Part shown: positions 24,174 through 32,000 of the stretch, one piece after another | How the letters are laid out: the number at the start of each line of letters is the position of its first letter | Numbering within the stretch: the stretch's first letter is position 1 | Source: Gemmata obscuriglobus | Lineage (GTDB): Bacteria; Planctomycetota; Planctomycetia; Gemmatales; Gemmataceae | DNA length: 32,000 bases | NCBI RefSeq assembly: GCF_008065095.1 | Contig: NZ_CP042911.1 | Location: 6,900,001-6,932,000, forward strand | Reading direction: 5' to 3' | Made by a program: the position numbers and the translations under genes | The notes under the pieces: model-generated | Databases searched by the model: none | Seen by the model: only the letters and a program-made list of their open reading frames with translations | What the model was told of the DNA's origin: nothing

Positions 24174-24716
24174 GTGTCTATCGACTACCCGTCCCGTTTG
24201 CCGCGTGTTCTTCTGCTGATGTCGCTGGTTGCGGCCGCGGCCCTTGTACGCCAGCTTCCGCACCCGCAGAACTTCACGCCGGTCGGGGCTCTGGCGATCT
24301 TCGCCGGGGCGTGCTTTGCCGACCGGCGGCTCGCGGTTCTGGTTCCACTCGCCGCTTTGGTTCCCGGCGACCTCACTGCCGGGATGCACGTGCTCGTGCC
24401 GGCCGTGTACGGGAGCCTCGCGCTGAACGTGTTACTGGCACGCCGGCTCCGGCTCCGGCGGACGGCGGCCTCGACCGCGGCGGTCACGCTCCTCGGGGCG
24501 GTCCAGTTTTTCGTCACCACCAACTTTGCCACCTGGCTGGTTTTTTACCCGCACACGCTCGGCGAGTTGGTGTCGTGCTACGTCGCCGCGGTCCCGTACT
24601 TCCGCAACACCCTGCTCGGGGACGCTACGTTCGTGGCGCTGCTTTTCGGCGCGCTGGCTCTGGCCGAGCGCGCGCTCCCGGCCGTCCGCGAGCCCGTGCC
24701 CGCGGCGGCGAACTGA
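24174..24716 (+). CDS. Small polytopic membrane protein (~180 aa, about 6 TM helices); putative vitamin or corrinoid transporter component (DUF6580/ECF-S-like from memory)
   Basis: The GTG at 24174 lies 6 nt after aaggag. The product is almost entirely hydrophobic helices (VLLLMSLVAAAALV, NFTPVGALAIFAGACF, LAVLVPLAALVPGDL, VLVPAVYGSLALNVLLA, AAVTLLGAVQFFVTTNFATWL, TFVALLFGALALA). The ORF-track start at 23919 would read through the riboswitch and is rejected. The family assignment is recollection only. Confidence 0.7.
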   Translation: MSIDYPSRLPRVLLLMSLVAAAALVRQLPHPQNFTPVGALAIFAGACFADRRLAVLVPLAALVPGDLTAGMHVLVPAVYGSLALNVLLARRLRLRRTAASTAAVTLLGAVQFFVTTNFATWLVFYPHTLGELVSCYVAAVPYFRNTLLGDATFVALLFGALALAERALPAVREPVPAAAN

Positions 24717-24727
24717 CGGAGGCGGTC

Positions 24728-25675
24728 GTGCGAATCGTGTCCCTGCTCCCCAGCGCCACCGAGATCGTTTGCGAACTCGGGCTCGGCGATGCGCTCGTGG
24801 GGGTGACTCATGAGTGCGACTATCCGGCGTTCGTGACCGCGCTTCCCAAAGTGACCCGCACGCTGATCCCGCACGATGCCATCAGCCGTGAGATCGACGC
24901 CCTGGTGCGCGAGCGACTGCAAACGCAACGGGCGCTCTACACACTTGACCTGCCGACGCTGGAGCGTTTGGAGCCGGATTTGATTGTGACCCAGGCGCTG
25001 TGCGACGTGTGCGCGGTGGCCGAAGCCGAGGTGACCGCGGCGGCCTGTACGCTGCCCGGCCGGCCGCGGGTCGTGAACCTCGAACCGACCTCGTTGGGGG
25101 ACGTGTTCGACACGTTGCACTTGGTCGCCGACGCGGCGGGCGTGCCCGCACGGGCGGACCTCGCCGTGGCCGCGCTGCGTGAACGGATCGGGACGGTCGC
25201 TAAGCGTTCGGAGCAGGTGACCGCTCGCCCCCGGGTGGTCGTGTTGGAATGGCTCGACCCGCCGTTCAGTTGCGGGCACTGGACCCCGGAACTGGTTCGA
25301 CTGGCCGGGGGCGACGAGGTGCTCGGCGTGTCCGGCGGGCCGTCGCGCACGCTCGCCTGGGCGGACGTAGTCGCGGCGCGGCCGGACGTGCTATTGGTTG
25401 CGTGCTGTGGCTTCTCGCTGGAGCGGACGCTCGTCGATCTTCCGGCGCTCCGGGACTGCCCGGGATGGGAGGCGCTTCCGGCGGTTCGTTCCGGGCGAGT
25501 GTACGTCACCGACGGTAATGCGTACTTCAGTCGGCCCGGGCCGCGCCTCGTGGACAGCGCCGAGATCGTCGCTCACGCGCTCCACCCGGCCCTTCACCCG
25601 CTCCCGCCGGGACTGCCCACCGCCCGACGGCTGACGCGCGAAGAGATCGGGAACGCGCGGCCGGTGACCGTATGA
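24728..25675 (+). CDS. BtuF-like (Peripla_BP_2 / class III) cobalamin or siderophore-type binding protein without a signal peptide
   Basis: The GTG at 24728 lies 5 nt after ggagg (24718-24722). The product begins directly with the first beta-strand, RIVSLLPSATEIVCELGLGDALVGVTHECDYP. Further family-typical segments are LEPDLIVTQ, VVVLEWLDPPFSCGHWTPELV, PDVLLVACCGF, VRSGRVYVTDGNAYFSRPGPR. The long upstream ORF part (24092-24727) is an Arg-rich out-of-frame overlap of the membrane gene. Confidence 0.8.
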   Translation: MRIVSLLPSATEIVCELGLGDALVGVTHECDYPAFVTALPKVTRTLIPHDAISREIDALVRERLQTQRALYTLDLPTLERLEPDLIVTQALCDVCAVAEAEVTAAACTLPGRPRVVNLEPTSLGDVFDTLHLVADAAGVPARADLAVAALRERIGTVAKRSEQVTARPRVVVLEWLDPPFSCGHWTPELVRLAGGDEVLGVSGGPSRTLAWADVVAARPDVLLVACCGFSLERTLVDLPALRDCPGWEALPAVRSGRVYVTDGNAYFSRPGPRLVDSAEIVAHALHPALHPLPPGLPTARRLTREEIGNARPVTV

Positions 25676-26355
25676 GGCCGAAGGTGCTGCTGTCGTGGAG
25701 TTCGGGCAAGGACTCCGCCTGGGCGTTGCACGTTCTGCGACAGCGCGGTGAGGTAGAGATTGTTGGGCTGGTGACCACCCTGAACGAGGCGTTCGGGCGG
25801 GTCGCGATGCACGGCGTTCGGGCCGAACTGGTCCGCGCGCAGGCCGAGGCCGCCGGGTTGCCACTGTGGGCGGTCCCGTTGCCGTGGCCGTGCTCGAACG
25901 ACCAGTACGAGAGCCGGATGCGCGGGCTCGTAGAACGGGCGAGAGCCGCGGGCGTCAGCGGGCTCGCGTTCGGTGACCTGTTCCTGGCCGATGTCCGCGC
26001 CTACCGCGAGCGGCAGTTGGCCGGGTCCGGGATTGAGCCGCTGTTCCCGCTGTGGGGTTCTCCGGCGGACACGCCCGCGCTGGCGCGGGAGATGATCGGC
26101 GCAGGGCTCCGGGCTACGCTGTCGTGCGTCGATCCGAAGCAACTCACCCGGCAGTTGGTCGGTCGGGAGTTCGACGCGCGGCTTTTGGCCGAACTGACGC
26201 CGGGCGCCGATCCGTGTGGGGAGAACGGTGAGTTTCACACCTTCTGTTACGCCGGCCCGATGTTCGATCGGCCGATCCCGATGCGGGTCGGCGACACGAT
26301 CGAACGGGACGGGTTCTGCTTCGCGGACCTGCTGCCGGGCGCCGCACCAGAGTGA
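25672..26355 (+). CDS. PP-loop ATP pyrophosphatase of the Dph6/MJ0570 (DUF71) adenine-nucleotide alpha-hydrolase family
   Basis: 227-aa ORF whose ATG overlaps the preceding stop (ATGA). The PP-loop is LLSWSSGKDSAWAL. A C-terminal segment typical for this family is GENGEFHTFCYAGPMF. Confidence 0.75.
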   Translation: MRPKVLLSWSSGKDSAWALHVLRQRGEVEIVGLVTTLNEAFGRVAMHGVRAELVRAQAEAAGLPLWAVPLPWPCSNDQYESRMRGLVERARAAGVSGLAFGDLFLADVRAYRERQLAGSGIEPLFPLWGSPADTPALAREMIGAGLRATLSCVDPKQLTRQLVGREFDARLLAELTPGADPCGENGEFHTFCYAGPMFDRPIPMRVGDTIERDGFCFADLLPGAAPE

Positions 26356-26471
26356 ACCGCCACATTTGCAGATGTTGCGGGTGGCACGTTCCAGGCGACC
26401 CCGTTCACTTTTCGGAACAACGATTCGCACCGGAAACGCGGGAGGCTCGGTTCGCGCGCCCGTGGGGCCGT

Positions 26472-27934
26472 GGGTGCCCCTCTGGATTTTGGCCCGTTAT
26501 TGGTTTTCCCAAAACCCCTTCCACTCCGGCCCCGCTGCTAATGCCCCCAGTTCGACAAACGGTGCCACATGCCCCAGATTCCATCTCGCCCCAGTTTGTT
26601 TCATTCTGATGTTGAGCAATTGCTTAACCGTTCCCTCCACCAACCCGCTTCCAATCGACTGCCCCCGCCGCAAACGCACCGCATAATTCAACCGCCCCTG
26701 TTGGCCACAAAAGTAATTCAATACGCCGCCCAAGGCGGCTCCGTCGCCTCCGGCGGGCATCTGCCCGGTCAGTTCTCCGATCCAGTCCACCAACCCGGGA
26801 TATCCGTCTTCCAGCAGCTTCGACTTGCCCCGGACAAACGCCGTCGCGGCTTGGACCCCGGGACCGAACACCGCCTTCGCCCCGCTGGCGAGGTACTCCG
26901 CCCCATGCCAGAAGTCGAGGACCTGGGTCGCGTCACGGAAGTGCTGCTCGGACACGTTCCACAACCACTCGGCCCCATCCCCCAGTACCGTCATTTGGCT
27001 CGAATCGGTCCACTCCAGTCGCGTGGCCTCGTCGTGACACCGCTTCCCGAACAGGCTCGCCTCCTCCACGGCCGCGATCACCGACCGCGCCAACGGGGTT
27101 GGCAGGTCGCGTCCCTCCCAGTCCATCGCCGTGGTCGGCGCACTTCGCTCGCGCCGGGCAAAAACGGCCATCTTGAGATCCCGCCAACCGTCCTCCACAG
27201 TGTTGACCTTGCCCGCGTCGATGTGCAACTCGCTGTCCACCGGCCGCTCGGTCCTGGCCGCGGCTTGGGCTCGGGTGAAGACTTCAGCGGTCGAGCGGTG
27301 TTGCCGGGTGGCGGTGGCCTGGGCCGCCGTGGCGTGGCAGAGTTGCCGGATGGTGTTGTCGTCCAATTCCCAGCCGACCACCTCGGCCAGAGTCACTTCG
27401 GCTTTGGCGAAGGACTGTTGGACGCCCAGCAAGACGGCCATCCGACAGGCGCCCGGGGTGACGTAGCCGCTGAGGCCCAGCCCGCGATCGGCTCCGAACT
27501 CGCCTTGCCCGCAAGTGGGGCAGTGGAAATACCTCCGCTCCAGCTCAATCGGACCAACGGCGGTCACAACCGTTCGGGTGTGCGGTCCTTTGGAGCGCCC
27601 GGGGTGCGTCTTCGCGCAGGTGCGGGCGCGCCCCCTTTTTGCTCGTCCTTCTCGATCCGTGAACCCAAGGCGGCACCGAGTGTGGTCCGCAACAGTTTGC
27701 GCCCTTGATCGAGTGCATGCTTCTCGCAGGCGGCCAGGACCGTGCCGTCGGGAGCTTCTTGGGCCAGACGATTCAGGTCCGTGAAATAGCCCAGCAGTTG
27801 TTCCAAGGCCAACCGTTCGGATTCGGTACTGTATTCTATAGTCAGCGTCGGCATCAGTATCCCTCCCAGATTGCCACGGCTTCCCCAGCCGGCTCCCATA
27901 CCGTTCACAAATGCCAAAATCCAGAGGGGCACCC
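26472..27934. mobile_element. Complete 1463-bp insertion sequence (ISKra4-like family, tentative) with 22-bp perfect TIRs and a 9-bp target-site duplication
   Basis: Left end gggtgcccctctggattttggc (26472-26493) is the exact reverse complement of the right end (27913-27934). The direct repeat tggggccgt flanks the element at 26463-26471 and 27935-27943. It encodes one transposase on the minus strand. Confidence 0.9.
26497..27854 (-). pseudogene. IS transposase (ISKra4-like), split over two frames by a -1 frameshift
   Basis: The N-terminal ~75-95 aa are [24 protein letters not shown]...IEKDEQKGG (ATG at 27854, gggaggg SD, this frame stops at 27564). The rest, ...GPIELERRYFHCPTCGQGEFGADRGLG... 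through a DDE-type body, is in the -1 frame down to 26497. The frames overlap around a homopolymer run A5G5 (C5T5 on the plus strand, 27631-27640). Confidence 0.75.
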
Positions 27935-28018
27935 TGGGGCCGTTCCGCTGATTGTTCCCGTCCCGGCGGGCGATATACTGATAGTTTGGTACCGTCGCAC
28001 TCCAGGAACCGTTGCTCG

Positions 28019-29653
28019 ATGACCAAACACATCTTCGTGACCGGGGGCGTCGTAAGCTCACTCGGGAAGGGTTTAACATCGGCATCGATCGGCCTCTTGT
28101 TGGAGGAACGCGGATTGCGGGTGCGGCTTCAGAAGCTCGATCCGTATTTGAACGTGGATCCCGGTACGATGTCGCCGTACCAGCACGGCGAGGTGTACGT
28201 GCTCGACGACGGCACCGAGACCGATCTCGACCTGGGGCACTACGAGCGGTTCACCCACGCCACCCTGAACAAAGACTGTAACTACACCACCGGCAAGATC
28301 TACCTCTCGGTGATCGAAAAGGAACGCCGCGGCGACTACAAGGGCAAAACGGTTCAGGTGATCCCGCACGTCACGGACGAGATCAAGTCCTGCATCCGGA
28401 AGATGGTCGCGCCGGACGTTGATGTGGTCATCACGGAGATCGGCGGGACCGTCGGCGACATTGAGGGCATGCCCTACTTCGAGGCGATCCGGCAGTTCGC
28501 GCTGGACGTCGGCAAGCACAACTGCCTGTTCGTCCACCTCACACTCGTCCCGTATTTGAAAGCGGCGGGTGAACTGAAGACCAAGCCGACGCAGCGCAGC
28601 GTCCGCGACCTGCGCGAGATCGGCATCCAGCCCGACATCCTGATCTGCCGCACCGAGCGCGACATTCCGAAGGACGAGTGCGAGAAGATCGCGCTGTTCT
28701 GCAACGTCGAGCGCAATGCGGTGATCGAGGAGAAGGACAAGGAATTCAGCATCTACGAGGTGCCGCTGAGCCTCGCCGACAACAAGCTCGACGAGTTGGT
28801 GGTGGAAAAGCTCGCGCTGACTCAGGCGAGGCCGCTGGACATGAGCGCCTGGCGGACGATGCTCGACCGGATGCGCGCACCGGCCCACGAGGTAACCATC
28901 GGGTTCGTGGGTAAGTATGTGAAGCACCGCGACGCGTACAAGAGCGTGTACGAGTCGATCGACCACGCCGGCATTGCCAACAACGCGAAGGTGCGGGTGG
29001 TCCGGATCGAGTCCGACAAACTCGCCGAAGAGGGCGCGGCCCAGGCGCTCGCGGGCGTCGACGGGCTGCTCGTCCCCGGCGGGTTCGACAAGCGCGGGAT
29101 CGAGGGCAAGATCGATGCCATCCGGTTCGCGCGCGAGACGGGGCTGCCGTTCTTCGGCATTTGCCTCGGGCTCCAGTGCGCGACGATCGAGTTCGCGCGG
29201 AATGTGGCGGGCCTGGATGGGGCCAACAGCACCGAGTTCGATAAGGTGTCGCCGCATCCCGTGGTGTGCCTGCTCGAGGAACAGGTGAACGTCACGAACT
29301 TGGGCGGGACGCAGCGCCTGGGCGCGTACCCCTGCCACCTAGTGCCCGGCACGAAGGCGCGCGCCGCGTACGGCGTGGACGTGGTTAGCGAGCGGCACCG
29401 GCACCGGTACGAGGTCAACAACGCCTACCGCGAAAAGCTCTCCGCCGCCGGGTTGGTGTTCTCGGGCACGAGCCCGTCCGGCGATCTGGTAGAGGCGATC
29501 GAACTACCGAACCACCCGTGGTTCGTGGCCGTGCAGGCGCACCCGGAGTTCCTCTCCAAGCCGACCAAATCGCACCCACTGTTCCGCGACTTCGTCGGCG
29601 CCAGTTTGGCCCGCCGGCTCGGTAAGAAGCCCGTCGCGGTGGTTATGAAATAG
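28019..29653 (+). CDS. pyrG: CTP synthase
   Basis: The start [59 protein letters not shown] and the glutaminase-domain motifs GICLGLQ and HRHRYEVN identify it. The ATG at 28019 is used; the ORF-track start at 27911 lies inside the IS end. Confidence 0.95.
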   Translation: MTKHIFVTGGVVSSLGKGLTSASIGLLLEERGLRVRLQKLDPYLNVDPGTMSPYQHGEVYVLDDGTETDLDLGHYERFTHATLNKDCNYTTGKIYLSVIEKERRGDYKGKTVQVIPHVTDEIKSCIRKMVAPDVDVVITEIGGTVGDIEGMPYFEAIRQFALDVGKHNCLFVHLTLVPYLKAAGELKTKPTQRSVRDLREIGIQPDILICRTERDIPKDECEKIALFCNVERNAVIEEKDKEFSIYEVPLSLADNKLDELVVEKLALTQARPLDMSAWRTMLDRMRAPAHEVTIGFVGKYVKHRDAYKSVYESIDHAGIANNAKVRVVRIESDKLAEEGAAQALAGVDGLLVPGGFDKRGIEGKIDAIRFARETGLPFFGICLGLQCATIEFARNVAGLDGANSTEFDKVSPHPVVCLLEEQVNVTNLGGTQRLGAYPCHLVPGTKARAAYGVDVVSERHRHRYEVNNAYREKLSAAGLVFSGTSPSGDLVEAIELPNHPWFVAVQAHPEFLSKPTKSHPLFRDFVGASLARRLGKKPVAVVMK

Positions 29654-29656
29654 AGC

Positions 29657-29700
29657 AAGTAGATGAGCCACGAAGGATCGCAAGGGTTCATCTGCTTTGG
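29657..29700 (+). terminator. Possible intrinsic terminator after pyrG
   Basis: An imperfect ~12-bp stem (aagtagatgagcc with gggttcatctgctt, including G-U pairs) is followed by cuuugg, starting 4 nt after the pyrG stop. The signal is weak. Confidence 0.3.
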
Positions 29701-29710
29701 CCTCTTAACC

Positions 29711-30835
29711 CTCAGGTTATGCCACAAGTTGGGGTTGACCCGTCGTGTCGGCACGGTTGACGTGTAAGTCCGGCAAGGAGGGCCATGATGACCGATACAT
29801 TTCCGGCGGCGGGGTTTGGGTCGATTCATTTTGGTAATGTCGATCTGGGCGACGCGCGGGTGAACCGGCGGTTGGCGACGTTGGCCGACCTGTTGGTGGC
29901 CAGCGGAGCCGAGAGTCTGCCGGACAAGTTCGCCGACCCGGCCGATTACCGGGCGTTCAACCGCCTCGTGGGCCGTCCCGAGGCGACCCACGAGGCGGTC
30001 ACCGCACCGCACCGGGCGCACACGCGAAATCGCATGCGCGCCCATACGGGTGCGGTGCTGGTGCTGCACGACACCACCGAACTGGATTACTCGGGCCGGG
30101 CGTTGCCGCGCATGGGGCCGATCGGCAACGGGCACGGCACCGGTTGGGAGTGCCACAACAGCCTGGCCGTGGACGCGGGCTCCGGGGCGGTCCTGGGGTT
30201 GGCCGCCCAGATCCTGCACCGGCGCCCGCCGACCCGATCCAACCGGGGCGAGACCAAAGCCCAGAGGCGTCAGCGGCAGGACCGCGAGAGCCGACTGTGG
30301 GTGACGGGGTTAGAGGCCGTGGGCCCGGCCCCGGACGGGCGGCACTGGGTGCATGTGAGCGATCGTGGGTCGGACACGTTCGAGTACCTATCGGCGCTGG
30401 TCACCGGGGGGCACCGGTTCGTGGTCCGGTCCCGGCACGACCGGGTGCGATCGGATGAGGCCACATTGCACGCCCACCTGCGGGCGTTGTCGGCGGTGAG
30501 CGCCTGGTCTGGGGAGGTGCGGTGTGGCCCGCACGGGGGCTCGACCCGCACCGCGGACCTGTCGGCGGCCGGGGTGCGCGTCGAGTTGCCGGACCCGTCC
30601 GGTTCGGCCCCGGCGTTGGGGGTGTGGGCGTTGCGGGTGTGGGAACCGAACCCGCCGGACGGTGTCGACCCGGTGGAGTGGTTCCTGCTCACCGATCGGG
30701 CCCTGGACACGGCCGCGGGGTTACGTGAGGTGGCCGGTTGGTATTGTCAACGGCCGATCATTGAGGAGTATCACAAGGCTCTCAAGAGCGGGTGCGGCGT
30801 GGAGGAGTTGGGGCACCGCACTCCGGAGACGTACT
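29711..30835 (+). mobile_element. Partial IS4-family (Tn5/IS50-like) element, 3' part displaced by an IS66-family insertion
   Basis: The putative left end ctcaggttatgccacaagt (29711-29729) resembles the Tn5 outside end ctgactcttatacacaagt. The transposase gene follows. The right boundary is only approximate (30805-30838). Confidence 0.6.
29785..30835 (+). pseudogene. Tn5-like IS4-family DDE transposase, C-terminally truncated
   Basis: The product is collinear with Tn5 Tnp: LGDARVNRRLA (DNA-binding N-terminus), LHDTTELDYS (first D), HVSDRGSD (second D), FVVRSRHDR, WFLLTD, RPIIEEYHKALKSGCGVEE (E of the DDE plus the YREK-like region). About 100 C-terminal residues are missing. The ORF tail 30836-30906 is read-through into the IS66 element. 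ATGs at 29785 and 29788 follow aaggagg. Confidence 0.8.
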
Positions 30836-30838
30836 TGT

Positions 30839-32000
30839 TTAGCGCGCCGGTAGTAGCACAGGGCGAGGTAGGAGCCGGTTGCCGAACCATCGCAACGTTT
30901 GGCTGATGTGATCCACGACCGAGAGGGTCCGGCGGCGGCACGTCTCGAACACGGACATCAACACGCCTTGCGCCTTCGCGCCCGCGGCGGTCCGGTTCCC
31001 GCCCCACACCTTGCGGTTCACAACCGCGGGGCGAATCGCCTGCTCGGCCTTCCAGTTGGTGGGCTCGACCCGCGGGTCGAACACGAATGTAAACCACTGC
31101 TCGAAATGGTTCCACAGGTGCTTCGCCAGCGTCACGTACGCCGGCACCGCCCGCGGTCGCGTCACCAGTTCCAGCAGGCGGTCGTCGAACTGCGACCGTG
31201 CGCGTCCCGTTGGTCGTCGGTCCACGTCCCCGGCGCGTACTCATTCCGCCAGTGGATCGCCTCGGTGAACCGCGCGATCACCTGGCGCGGGAACCGCACG
31301 GCCCCGCGGGTCCCCCGCTCCAGCAGTTCCCGCGCGCGGCGGAGCACATGGGCCAGGCACTGCTGGTGGATCGCCCCCTCGAATCGCTCGTAGGAGGCGA
31401 ACCCGTCGTGGCTCAGGACGCCCGACCAGTCCGCCCCGATCACCCGCTCCAGGGCGTCGGCACTGCGTTTCGAGTCGACGCCGTAAGCCGTGGCCCGGTC
31501 GGCGACCCACGCGTGGAGCCAGGCCGGGTGCCCTCCGATCCGCCAACCCGTCTCGTCGGCCGCAATCTGCTCGGACGCCCGCACCTCGCCGAGGATCAGG
31601 TGGTAGTCCGGCTCCAGCCGCGTGGCGGCCCGTAGGCCGATCTGGGCGCTGGCCCCGCGCGTCAGCGTGATGCCGAACAGGGTCTCGAAGACCGACGCGA
31701 CCTTGCCGTGCGACAGCCCCATCTGGGTGTGCAGGAGCGCCGCCGCGGTCTGAGCGTCCGGGCCGACCTGGCTGGCCGCCGCGCCCAGGGCGTCGGACGT
31801 CTGGAGCGGGTGCCGGCCCTGGGTCCGCTTCCCGCACGCCTCACAGTGCCCGATGTGGATACGGAACTTGCGGATCAGCGGCTGGCGTGGGATCTCGGTC
31901 TGGAACTGTTCGGCCGTGCCGGTCTCGACGAGCCGGCCCCGGCAGTGCGGGCACGCGTCGGGGAGGTCGGCCTCGTGGCACTCGGCGACCTGTTCGGGTG
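30839..32000 (-). pseudogene. IS66-family transposase (partial at window edge, with an internal frameshift), marking an IS66-family element inserted into the IS4 element
   Basis: My manual minus-strand translation from the window end gives ...CPHCRGRLVETGTAEQFQTEIPRQPLIRKFRIHIGHCEACGKRTQGRHPLQTSDALG...MGLSHGKVASVFETLFGITLTRG...AADETGWRIGG...SHDGFASYERF...HQQCLAHVLRRA, i.e. an IS66 zinc-finger plus DDE layout. The C-terminus ...EPTNWKAEQAIRPAVVNRKVWGGNRTAAGAKAQGVLMSV... is in another frame (30839-31225), so there is a frameshift between ~31162 and 31225. Confidence 0.8.

Noticed and set aside
27855-28085. N-terminal extensions of the transposase ORFs beyond the IS (26497..28032 and 27564..28085), and the 27911 start of the pyrG ORF
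   Set aside because: They cross the IS terminal inverted repeat and TSD at 27934/27935. The ATG at 27854 (with gggaggg SD) and the ATG at 28019 ([10 protein letters not shown], the canonical CTP synthase N-terminus) are the credible starts.
30851-30880. Similarity of tagtagcacagggcgaggtaggagcc to the gtagcacagggtgggagcc arm of the 14795-14962 repeat
   Set aside because: The match is short and interrupted, lies within IS66 coding sequence and has no partner arm. It is most likely coincidental in a GC-rich genome.
30836-30906. C-terminal tail of the 373-aa IS4 transposase ORF (…YLFSAPVVAQGEVGAGCRTIATFG)
   Set aside because: It is antisense to the C-terminus of the IS66-family transposase and has no similarity to Tn5-like proteins, so it is read-through created by the nested insertion.

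Overview
High-G+C bacterial chromosome segment. The repeat style and protein types look planctomycete or Gemmataceae-like, which is my impression only. I found no rRNA, tRNA or CRISPR array. Left to right: (1) A minus-strand group encodes a secreted protein with three internal modules, a ~1170-aa secreted helical-repeat protein and an SppA-type S49 lipoprotein peptidase. (2) The most interesting locus (6878-22989) is a PUFA-synthase-like or secondary-lipid-type iterative type I PKS/FAS. It has a 2593-aa subunit (two NMO/enoyl-reductase-like domains, then KS-AT-linker-ACP-KR) and an 1128-aa subunit (AT, double-hotdog DH, and a tail resembling a degenerate PPTase). A translationally coupled discrete ACP, an alpha/beta hydrolase and a MacB/DevCA-like ABC exporter follow; the exporter is preceded by a truncated paralogue of its permease. 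GC-rich palindromic or MITE-like repeats sit between, after and even in frame inside these genes. (3) kdsB. (4) A cobalamin riboswitch precedes a three-gene operon without BtuCD/BtuB: a small polytopic membrane protein, a BtuF-like binding protein lacking a signal peptide, and a Dph6/DUF71-like PP-loop ATPase. (5) A 1463-bp IS with perfect 22-bp terminal inverted repeats and a 9-bp target duplication sits just upstream of pyrG. (6) After pyrG, a Tn5-like IS4 transposase gene is truncated by an IS66-family element that runs off the window. Many long Arg/Pro/Gly-rich ORFs on the opposite strands and frames are high-GC shadow ORFs and were rejected.
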